DNA from: Novosphingobium sp.
GTDB taxonomy: Bacteria > Pseudomonadota > Alphaproteobacteria > Sphingomonadales > Sphingomonadaceae
Length of the DNA: 46,320 bases
Direction of reading: 5' to 3'
NCBI GenBank assembly: GCA_046155055.1
Contig: JBJXEK010000017.1
Span: forward strand, 1-46,320
Position numbers and translations under genes: made by a program. The notes beneath the pieces were generated by a model. The model was not told where the DNA came from. It ran no database searches and saw only the letters and a list, made by a program, of their open reading frames with translations. This document shows, one piece after another, positions 17,203 through 25,102 of the stretch (positions within the stretch are counted from its first letter, which is position 1; every line of letters starts with the position of its first letter).

Positions 17203-19557
17203 ATGAGCTTTTGGCTAGCCAAGCAGCGCACGGTGCAGGCGACCGATACAATTCAGCGCTTCGATCCGCGCTTCTGGACCGTCGATTTTCCGCGGCCGGC
17301 GATGGCATCGGTGGTGACAACCGCGCCCGATGCCTTGCGCGTCGACGCGGTGTTCCAGAAAGCCAACGACCTGATCGGGCTGATCTGGGAAAGCGCCGAT
17401 CGCTGGGATCACCCGTTGCTCGCTTATGACACGGACCGAGATTACGCCCGGCTGACGCTGTCGTTTCGCTGGCGTTCGAGCGGTGTATTGCCGCTTGATG
17501 CGGTGAACGGCCCCACGCTGACGATCGAGGGGCGCGATGCTGCCGGAAATGCGCGGGCCTGGTATGTGCGGTTGTGGAACTATGCCAGCGGGACACCGAC
17601 TGATGCTCTGGTAACACTGCCGTTTTCGGCGCTGAAAGGCGGGTTCCTGCTGCCCGGCGAGGCGGACCCGGTCTATCCCTCGGACATCGACCGGATGTTC
17701 ATCTCGCTGGTGGCACCGACGTTTTCCCCTTCGAGTACGACGGCTTTCACGTCCGCCGCGACCGGCTGGGCCGAGCTGACCGCGATCCGGTGCAGCGGGC
17801 ACAAGCCGATGCTGACCATCGGCGATGTGATGGTGCCGCCGCACGGGATCGGCATGGCGACCGGTTATGACGACGGCTACAACCAGACGCCGGCGCGGCT
17901 TTTGCGGACGATCCGAGGCCTCGGCTATCGCGGCAGTATCAACCACTATATCGGGATGAGTCATTTCTTCCCGCTGGCAACGGACGGAGCCGGGGGCTTT
18001 GTGGTGGATCCGGGGCTCCCGGCCATGAACGTGGCCGCCGAGCGGTGGCACGCCGGGTTCCTTTCCGGCGCGGCGGTGATGGGCTACACCGTGATCCTGT
18101 CGCAATCGTACGAGCTGCTGGCGCAGCATTGCCCGACCGCCTGGCAGCAGCGTACTTCGGATGGCTCGCCGGCGCGCACCGGGTGGTTGCCGCCATCGGC
18201 GCTGCTTTCACCCGCGAACACGGCGGCAGTGGGCTGGTTGCGGAAGGTGGCGACGCGGCTTGCGGGGATGCTGATCACGGCCGGCCTGCCGGTGCGGTAT
18301 CAGGTAGGCGAGCCATGGTGGTGGGTAACATCCGACCGCAGGATCTGCATCTATGACGATGCCGCCAAGGCTGCGCTGGGCGGCAGCCCCGCGGTGATTG
18401 CCGATCTTGGCGCGACGCTGACCACTGCACAGAAGGCGCTGCTCGATGCAGCCGGAGCGCTGCTCGCCACATCGACCGCGAGCCTGACGGCAGCCGTGCG
18501 CACGGCAGCGGGCGGCACGCCGTGCGAGACGCTGCTGCTGGCCTTCCTGCCGACCGTGCTCGATCCGGCTTTTCCCGAAGCACAGCGGGCGAACCTGCCA
18601 ACCGGCTGGGCCTATCCCGCGTTCGATGTGCTGCAGCTTGAGGACTACGACTGGCTCACCGCCGGGTTCGAGGCGCGCCGCAAGCGCGGCCGGGCCGCGG
18701 CAGAGGCGCGGCTGGGCTATGCACGCACGCGCCAGCACTACCTATCGGGCTTCGTGCTGAACGCCGCAGACGCGCAAGCCATGTGGCCGCTGATTGATGC
18801 GGCGGCAAGCGAGGCTCGTGACCTCGGCGTGGCCGAGACCTTTATCTGGGCACTGCCGCAAGTGGCGCGCGACGGCTTTACCCGCCTGCCCGATTCCGCC
18901 GCGGGTGCGGCAAGCGAGGACGACATTATGCAGCCTTTCGACGACGTGCTCTTCCCGATCGCGATCGGGCGGTCTGCCACCGTGACGCCCGAGTTTTCGA
19001 CCAATGTAACGATAACGGCTTCCGGCTACGAGCGGCGCAACAGCCTGTGGGCAGATGCCAGGCTGCGCTTTGATGTGGGACCAGGGGTCCGCTCGGAAGC
19101 GGAACTGGGCGCACTCATTGCGTTCTTTCGTGCTCGGCGCGGCCAGGCACGCGGGTTCCGGTTGCGCGATCCATCAGATTACAGCTCGAACGGGATGATC
19201 GGGGCACCCACGATCGTTGATCAGATGATCGGCGTGGGCGACGGTGCAAAGGCGCGGTTCCCGCTGCTCAAGGCCTATGGGTCCGGCAGTGATGCCCAGC
19301 AGCGGCGGATCACCCGGCCCCGCACAGGCACCGTGACGATCAGCGTGGATGGAACCATCGCCAGCGATTGGACGCTGGATGCGCTGGGCGAGATCGTGTT
19401 TGCCGACGCCCCTGCTGTTGGCAAGATCGTGCGCGCGGGCTTCCTGTTCGATGTGCCGGTCCGCTTTGCCGAGGATCGGCTCGACATCTCGGGTGCGGCC
19501 TTTGCCGCGGGCGAGGCGCCGAGCGTGCCGCTGATCGAACTCCGCGAGGATTCCTGA
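17203..19557 (+). CDS. GTA distal tail protein (DUF2460/TIGR02217-like) fused to a ~575-aa N-terminal extension
   Basis: The C-terminal 209 aa (FDDVLFP...PEFST...SGYERRNS.W...FFRARRGQARGFRLRDPSD...AGFLFDVPVRF) match the RcGTA g12 pattern. The N-terminal region is extra. Confidence 0.88.
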   Translation: MSFWLAKQRTVQATDTIQRFDPRFWTVDFPRPAMASVVTTAPDALRVDAVFQKANDLIGLIWESADRWDHPLLAYDTDRDYARLTLSFRWRSSGVLPLDAVNGPTLTIEGRDAAGNARAWYVRLWNYASGTPTDALVTLPFSALKGGFLLPGEADPVYPSDIDRMFISLVAPTFSPSSTTAFTSAATGWAELTAIRCSGHKPMLTIGDVMVPPHGIGMATGYDDGYNQTPARLLRTIRGLGYRGSINHYIGMSHFFPLATDGAGGFVVDPGLPAMNVAAERWHAGFLSGAAVMGYTVILSQSYELLAQHCPTAWQQRTSDGSPARTGWLPPSALLSPANTAAVGWLRKVATRLAGMLITAGLPVRYQVGEPWWWVTSDRRICIYDDAAKAALGGSPAVIADLGATLTTAQKALLDAAGALLATSTASLTAAVRTAAGGTPCETLLLAFLPTVLDPAFPEAQRANLPTGWAYPAFDVLQLEDYDWLTAGFEARRKRGRAAAEARLGYARTRQHYLSGFVLNAADAQAMWPLIDAAASEARDLGVAETFIWALPQVARDGFTRLPDSAAGAASEDDIMQPFDDVLFPIAIGRSATVTPEFSTNVTITASGYERRNSLWADARLRFDVGPGVRSEAELGALIAFFRARRGQARGFRLRDPSDYSSNGMIGAPTIVDQMIGVGDGAKARFPLLKAYGSGSDAQQRRITRPRTGTVTISVDGTIASDWTLDALGEIVFADAPAVGKIVRAGFLFDVPVRFAEDRLDISGAAFAAGEAPSVPLIELREDS

Positions 19558-19558
19558 T

Positions 19559-20389
19559 ATGCCCGAAAGCACGCGCGTCTGGTTCAGCCAGCCGCTGGAA
19601 ACGGTTGCGATCTGGTGGCGGCTTGAGCGGCGCGACGGGGTTACACTGGGCTTCACCAGCCACGACCGCGATCTCGCCTTCGACGGGCTTGTGCACCGCA
19701 CCGCCCCGGGCATGGTCCCTTCCGCTATCCGGCGCACCGCTGATTTCGAGGCGGACAGCGCCGAAGTGGCCGGCGCACTCAGCCATGATTCGATCCGCGA
19801 AGAAGACCTTGCCGCAGGGCGTTTCGACGGCGGCTCGATCGCGATGGGACTGGCCGACTGGGAAACGCTGGAGCGCGTGACGCTCTATGCCGGGACGATC
19901 GGCACTGTCGGCCACGAGGGCGCGGGCTTTTCGGCCGAACTGCGATCGGTGAAAGACATCCTCGCGCGGCAGATTGTGCCACGTACGGCACCGACCTGCC
20001 GCGCCGAATTCTGCCGCGAGGGCTGCGCGCTTTCCGCCAATGCGTTCACTCATCTGGCGCAGCTGGCGGAGATCTCGAGCGATGCGGGCGCTATCCGGGT
20101 GACTGGCGGACCCGTATCTGCCCTGCTCGCCTTCGGCACCCTGCGCTGGATCGACGGCCCTGAGGCTGGGCTCTCTCGCCGGATCGAGGCGATCGATAGC
20201 AACTGGCTAATGCTCGATCGAACCAGTGCGACCACCATTCCGGTGGGCACACGAATCGAACTGCGCGAGGGGTGTGACCATACGCTGGAGACCTGCGCCC
20301 AGCGCTTTGGCAACGCGCTCAATTTTCAAGGAGAGCCCTTCCTGCCGGGCAACGACTTGCTGACGCGCTATCCGGCGGCACAGCGGTGA
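19559..20389 (+). CDS. GTA baseplate hub protein (DUF2163-like)
   Basis: W.LERRDGV.LGFTSHDRDL; Cys residues in PTCRAEFC..GC and EGCDHTLETC..RFGNALNFQGEPFLPG (candidate Fe-S ligands). Confidence 0.92.
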   Translation: MPESTRVWFSQPLETVAIWWRLERRDGVTLGFTSHDRDLAFDGLVHRTAPGMVPSAIRRTADFEADSAEVAGALSHDSIREEDLAAGRFDGGSIAMGLADWETLERVTLYAGTIGTVGHEGAGFSAELRSVKDILARQIVPRTAPTCRAEFCREGCALSANAFTHLAQLAEISSDAGAIRVTGGPVSALLAFGTLRWIDGPEAGLSRRIEAIDSNWLMLDRTSATTIPVGTRIELREGCDHTLETCAQRFGNALNFQGEPFLPGNDLLTRYPAAQR

Positions 20390-20799
20390 ACCCGTCACTG
20401 GCCGCAGCTGCGGCAACGCTGGTCGGTACAGCCTTCCGCCTCCACGGCCGCGATCCGGAGACAGGGCTCGACTGCATCGGGCTGGTGACCGAAGCCTTGC
20501 ACCGTTGCGGTGCGGTTCCGGTCGCGCCCGCAGGATACCGCCGGCGGGCGATGACCGTGGACGCCATGCTACCTTTTGCGGAGGCCAACGGCTTCGAGGC
20601 TGTCGTGAGGCTGGAGCAGGGGGATGTCGTGCTCGCCATGGTCAACCCCGTGCAACCCCATCTGCTGGTGACCGCCGAAGGCGGCTTTATCCATGCCCAT
20701 TCCGGGCTTGGGCGTGTGACCTTTCTGCCCGGTGACCTGCCCTGGCCTGTCGCGGGCGCATGGCGCGTCCCCATCATCATGCCCTCATTGGGAAACTGA
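20386..20799 (+). CDS. NlpC/P60 cell-wall peptidase (RcGTA g14-like)
   Basis: F.LHGRD...GLDCIGLV (catalytic Cys), PHLLV and FIHAH; GTG start overlapping the hub stop. Confidence 0.9.
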   Translation: MNPSLAAAAATLVGTAFRLHGRDPETGLDCIGLVTEALHRCGAVPVAPAGYRRRAMTVDAMLPFAEANGFEAVVRLEQGDVVLAMVNPVQPHLLVTAEGGFIHAHSGLGRVTFLPGDLPWPVAGAWRVPIIMPSLGN

Positions 20800-20804
20800 G
20801 AACC

Positions 20805-23024
20805 ATGGCAACCTTGCTTCTAACCGCTGTAGGCACTGTGTTCGGCGGCCCGCTAGGCGGGGCGATCGGCGCGCTGATCGGCCGGCAGGTCGACACCGCA
20901 ATCGTCGGGGGCCGAAAGGTCGAGGGGCCTCGGCTCAAGGACCTCACTGTCCAGACATCGAGCTACGGTTCGGCGCTGCCGCTGCATTTCGGGCGGATGC
21001 GAGCGGCCGGAAGTGTGATCTGGTCGACCGAGTTGGTCGAACACAAGGACACCGCGAGCAGCGGCAAGGGCCGCCCAACCGTCACCAGCTACACCTACAG
21101 CGCCTCGTTCGCGGTGGCATTGTCCAGCCGCCCCATCTCGGGGGTCGGACGCATCTGGGCGGATGGCAATCTGCTGCGCGGCGCGGGCGGCGATCTCAAA
21201 GTCGGCGGAACGATGCGGATCCACAACGGGCATGGCGACCAGGCGGTAGATCCGCTCATGGCACAGGCCGAGGGCACGACCCGCTGCCCGGCCTATCGCG
21301 GCCTCGCTTATGTGGTGTTCGAGGATCTGGAACTGGCCGACTATGGCAACCGCATCCCTTCGCTCACGTTCGAGATTCTGGCGGATCCTGCAGACACCTC
21401 GATTGCGGCAATCGCGCGGGCGATCGTGCCGGAGGCGACAGTAAGTGGCCTTGGCGAGGCGTTCGCCGGTTTCAGCATCGACCAGGGATCGGCCGGAGAT
21501 GCGCTTGCCGTCATTGCGGATGCCGTGCCGATTGCCTGCGCTGTCGTGGGCGGCGACCTCAGGATCCTTGACGGTGAACCGGGCACCGATGTGACAGCCC
21601 CGTTGCTGCCCGGTCCGGCCGCTGCGATCAAGGATTCGCAAAGTGCAGACGCCAAGACCAGCGGCTGGTCGCGCAAGCGGGAACCCCTGCCGCGCGTTCG
21701 GCAGTGCGGGGTGCGCTATTACGATCTGGCGCGCGATTATCAGCCTGGCCTGCAGCGTGGAATCGGCCGGAGCGAGCAGGGTGATCTGCAGATGATCGAG
21801 CTTCCCGCCGCGCTTTCAGCCGCCACGGCACAAACCTTTGCCGGCAATGCCAGCCGCCGCGTTGCGCGCCCGGCGGATACGATCAGTTACCGCGTGACCG
21901 AGGTTGATCCAGCTATCGGTCCAGGCGCGTTCGTGCACCTTCCAGTTGCCGCGGGCCTTTGGCGGATCGCGCAATGGGAATGGCAGCAGGACGGCGTTTT
22001 GTTGTCATTGGCCGCATGCCCGCTTGCCGGGGTGACCGGCTCGTCTGCAGCGGCATTGCCCACCGATCCTGGACGGTTCAACCCGGCTGCCGACCTGGTT
22101 CGGACTCCGACGCTGCTGGAGGCGTTCGCCCTGCCCTGGGATGGAACCGGCAGCAGCGCGACCCCAGCCCTCTTTGTTGCAGCTTCGGGGGCCAGCGCAG
22201 GCTGGACCGGCGCTGCGCTTCTGGCCGACCTAGCCGGAGACGGGGGCGCATTGACCTCGCTGGGTTCGACTGGCCGAGTGCGGGCCCGGATGGGTCGAAC
22301 CCAAACTACCCTGGCCTCGGCATCGCCGTTGGTGATCGACCGCCGATCAACCCTGGACCTGATGCTGGACGGGACGGATCAGACGCTTGTCGATGCCAGC
22401 CTGCAACAGCTGTTGCAAGGCGCGAACCGGGCCAGAATCGGAAACGAGATCGTCCAGTTCGCAACCGCAGTGCCGCTGGGCGGAGGTGCCTGGCGGCTGT
22501 CACAGTGGCTACGCGGGCGGGGTGGTACCGAGTGGGCCATCAGCACCCACAAGGTGGACGAAGCCTTCGTTCTCATCGACGATGCGCTGGTACGTCTCGA
22601 TGCAGCCCAGATCGGTGACGCTGCGACGACCCGCATCGTGGCGGCCGGCCTTGGGGATGCGGTGGCCGTCAGTGTGCCGATCGCCGATCCTGGTGCAACC
22701 CAGCGCCCGCTCGCTCCGATTCACGGCACCGCAATGCGCCAGACCGATGGAACGATCGCACTGACATGGGTGCGGCGCGCACGAGGCGCCTGGCTGTGGC
22801 AGGATGGAGTCGATGCGCCGCTCAGCGAAGAGATGGAACGCTGGGACATAACCGTTGGCGATCCGTCAGCGCCCGCCTTGCGCTGGCAAACGACGACCGC
22901 GGCCCTGACGGTTTCCGCAACGCAGCTCGGCGCGCTGCCACCGGGAGCGCCGACTTATTTCGCAGTCCGCCAGATCGGCAGGAGCGCGTCGTCATTCGCG
23001 TTGCGAATCGATTTCCCGGCCTGA
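20805..23024 (+). CDS. GTA megatron-like baseplate/host-specificity protein (739 aa, shortened)
   Basis: MATLLLTAVG..GGPLGGAIGALIG N-terminus, EGPRLKDL.VQTSSYG, GRIWADG, PAYRGLAYVVFEDL.LADYGNRIPSLTFE, LRGRGGTE, W.RRAR. Start ATG 20805. Confidence 0.9.
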   Translation: MATLLLTAVGTVFGGPLGGAIGALIGRQVDTAIVGGRKVEGPRLKDLTVQTSSYGSALPLHFGRMRAAGSVIWSTELVEHKDTASSGKGRPTVTSYTYSASFAVALSSRPISGVGRIWADGNLLRGAGGDLKVGGTMRIHNGHGDQAVDPLMAQAEGTTRCPAYRGLAYVVFEDLELADYGNRIPSLTFEILADPADTSIAAIARAIVPEATVSGLGEAFAGFSIDQGSAGDALAVIADAVPIACAVVGGDLRILDGEPGTDVTAPLLPGPAAAIKDSQSADAKTSGWSRKREPLPRVRQCGVRYYDLARDYQPGLQRGIGRSEQGDLQMIELPAALSAATAQTFAGNASRRVARPADTISYRVTEVDPAIGPGAFVHLPVAAGLWRIAQWEWQQDGVLLSLAACPLAGVTGSSAAALPTDPGRFNPAADLVRTPTLLEAFALPWDGTGSSATPALFVAASGASAGWTGAALLADLAGDGGALTSLGSTGRVRARMGRTQTTLASASPLVIDRRSTLDLMLDGTDQTLVDASLQQLLQGANRARIGNEIVQFATAVPLGGGAWRLSQWLRGRGGTEWAISTHKVDEAFVLIDDALVRLDAAQIGDAATTRIVAAGLGDAVAVSVPIADPGATQRPLAPIHGTAMRQTDGTIALTWVRRARGAWLWQDGVDAPLSEEMERWDITVGDPSAPALRWQTTTAALTVSATQLGALPPGAPTYFAVRQIGRSASSFALRIDFPA

Positions 23025-23045
23025 CGCCATCAACAGGAGCCGACC

Positions 23046-23501
23046 ATGACCGACCCGATAAGCTTCTCTGCGACGTCTCCGCGTTTTGGCCTTCCGCTGC
23101 TCTTCGCGGGCCAGAGCCAGAAGGAAATCACTGTCAATGAAGCCGTGCTGTGCGCGGACACCCTGCTGCACCCGGCGGTGGAAGGCTTGGCCGCGACAGT
23201 GCCTGCCGCGCCGTCCGCCGGCCAGTGCTGGATCGTTGGCAGCGGCGGCACCGGGGTCTTCGCGGGCCAGACCGACCGGATTGCCGCCTGGAGCGAGGGC
23301 GGCTGGCGGTTCCTTGCCCCGCGCGATGGTTTGCGCGCCTACGATATCTCGGCGAGTGCGCACCGTATCTATGCGGGGGGAGAGTGGCGCCTTGCTGCGG
23401 CGCCACCCGCGCCATCGGGCGGAACCGTGATTGACAGTCAGGCGCGCACGGCCATTGCGGCAATTATCGCCGCGCTGAGAAACGCCGGGATCATATCTTG
23501 A
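23046..23501 (+). CDS. DUF2793-like protein (candidate GTA tail fibre component)
   Basis: PRFGLPLL.AGQSQKEITVNEA, PAAPSAG.CWIVG, IAAW..GGWRF..PRDG; AGGAG RBS. Confidence 0.85.
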   Translation: MTDPISFSATSPRFGLPLLFAGQSQKEITVNEAVLCADTLLHPAVEGLAATVPAAPSAGQCWIVGSGGTGVFAGQTDRIAAWSEGGWRFLAPRDGLRAYDISASAHRIYAGGEWRLAAAPPAPSGGTVIDSQARTAIAAIIAALRNAGIIS

Positions 23502-23698
23502 CATCGATGGTTACCGCCTTGGCCGTCCCGTTTACAAACTGTCACAATTACGGTTGGGCCCTTGGGGTTGTTGCTTAGGCGAGTGATTTTAGTTGCAATT
23601 TGGCAACACGACGACCTTACGTCGGCTTGCATGAAAAAACGAGACCCGCTAATGGCTGGGGCACCCGAAGTTTGACTTCGAAAAAAGGGGAAACGAAA

Positions 23699-24805
23699 AT
23701 GCGGAAACTGCTTCTGGGCTTGGCCCTGGCGTCTACGGCGCTCGCTACGCCAGCGCTCGCCAAGAATGACGCCTGGTACGTCGAGGTCGATGCCGGCGCC
23801 ATGATCGTCGAACAAGCGAACGTCAAAGTGGCCGGAGTGCGCGATTTCGCGACATCCAAGACCGAGACCGGTTATGACGTCGGCGGCATCGTCGGGTATG
23901 ACTTCGGTCCGTTCCGCCTTGAGAGTGAAGTCAGCTATCGGCGTGCGCGCGCCAAGAGTCTGACTGTCAATACTACCCCCCCGCAGGTTTTCGAGCGCGA
24001 CAACGGTTCGCTCCGCGGCAACGAGCGCGTGCTCAGCTACATGCTCAACGGCCTGCTTGATTTCGGTCCTGATGACGGGCTGCAGGGCTTTATCGGCGGT
24101 GGCGTCGGCGTCGGCAACGTAAAGTACACGGTCACTGCCCCCGGAAACGGCCGCCTCAAGGACTCGGACACCAAGTTTGCATGGCAGGCGCTGGCTGGCG
24201 TGCGGGCTCCGCTGTCGAAGCATTGGGACGTTGGCTTGAAGTACCGCTACTTCCGGGTCAACAAGTTCGAAATGGTCGGCGAAGGCGGTCTGGCTGGCGA
24301 CGTTCGCAGCCGCTGGCACTCGCACTCGTTGATGGGTACCCTTGCCTACAACTTCGGTGAGGATGCGCCTGCGCCGATGCCGGAACCGGCCGCTCCCCCG
24401 CCGCCCCCGCCCCCGCCGCCGCCCCCGCCGCCGCCGCCGCCCCCGGCACCGGTCTGCAACAAGGGCCCTTACATCGTGTTCTTCGACTGGGATAAGTCGA
24501 ACATCACGCCTGAAGCGGCGACCATTCTCGACAACGCCGTCACGGCCTATGGCAACTGCGCCAGCGTGCCGATTATGCTTGCCGGTTACACCGACCGTTC
24601 GGGTACCCCGAAGTACAATCAGGGCCTGTCCGAGCGCCGCAACGCCTCGGTTCGCACCTACCTGACTGCTCACGGCATTCCGGACGGTTCGATCACAAAT
24701 CAGGCATTCGGTGAGAGCAACCCGCGCGTTCCGACCGCCGATGGCGTTCGCGAACTGCAGAACCGCCGGGTGGAAATCACCTACGGTCCGGGCTCGGGCA
24801 TGTAA
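23699..24805 (+). CDS. OmpA family protein: beta-barrel, poly-proline linker and peptidoglycan-binding domain
   Basis: Signal peptide MRKLLLGLALASTALATPALA; barrel strands; 15-Pro run; FFDWDKS, GYTDRSG..YNQGLSERR, NRRVEI. Confidence 0.94.
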   Translation: MRKLLLGLALASTALATPALAKNDAWYVEVDAGAMIVEQANVKVAGVRDFATSKTETGYDVGGIVGYDFGPFRLESEVSYRRARAKSLTVNTTPPQVFERDNGSLRGNERVLSYMLNGLLDFGPDDGLQGFIGGGVGVGNVKYTVTAPGNGRLKDSDTKFAWQALAGVRAPLSKHWDVGLKYRYFRVNKFEMVGEGGLAGDVRSRWHSHSLMGTLAYNFGEDAPAPMPEPAAPPPPPPPPPPPPPPPPPAPVCNKGPYIVFFDWDKSNITPEAATILDNAVTAYGNCASVPIMLAGYTDRSGTPKYNQGLSERRNASVRTYLTAHGIPDGSITNQAFGESNPRVPTADGVRELQNRRVEITYGPGSGM

Positions 24806-24831
24806 GCTACGGCAATTCGCCGGAAATGATG

Positions 24832-24861
24832 GGGGGCTGGAGCGATCCAGCCCCCTTTTTC
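24832..24861 (+). terminator. Intrinsic terminator of the ompA-family gene
   Basis: GGGGGCTGGA-gcga-TCCAGCCCCC followed by T6. Confidence 0.88.
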
Positions 24862-25102
24862 ATAAACAAATCCCTCATCGGATTTCGACTATCTGGTCCT
24901 GTGGGGGTTACAGGCCTCTGCCGCAACTTGCTGGTCTGGCGGGGGTTTGTCGGCCCGGACAGGCTCTCTCGCGGCGCTGCACGCGAGCGGGGCTGGCTTC
25001 TCGCGGAGCGCAAGGCGCGCTTGGGCTTCACAGCTTGGCAGGCGCGAAGCGTCCAAGCAACTCCGGCAGCAAAACGCCGCCGTGTCCGTGCAGATGGACC
25101 AG

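Larger units (their letters stand above)
9121..23501 (+). other. RcGTA-like gene transfer agent head-tail gene cluster (~14.4 kb)
   Basis: Collinear, intact and often overlapping genes in RcGTA order; very short tape measure; no integrase, repressor, replication or lysin gene recognised; flanked by housekeeping genes. Confidence 0.92.

Noticed and set aside
9121-23501. Prophage interpretation of the phage-like genes
   Set aside because: No integrase, att repeats, repressor, replication or lysis module recognised; size, gene order and tiny tape measure fit a GTA.
24393-24450. CCG/CCC microsatellite in the ompA-family gene as a phase-variation tract
   Set aside because: It is a triplet repeat encoding the usual poly-proline linker; the frame is intact.
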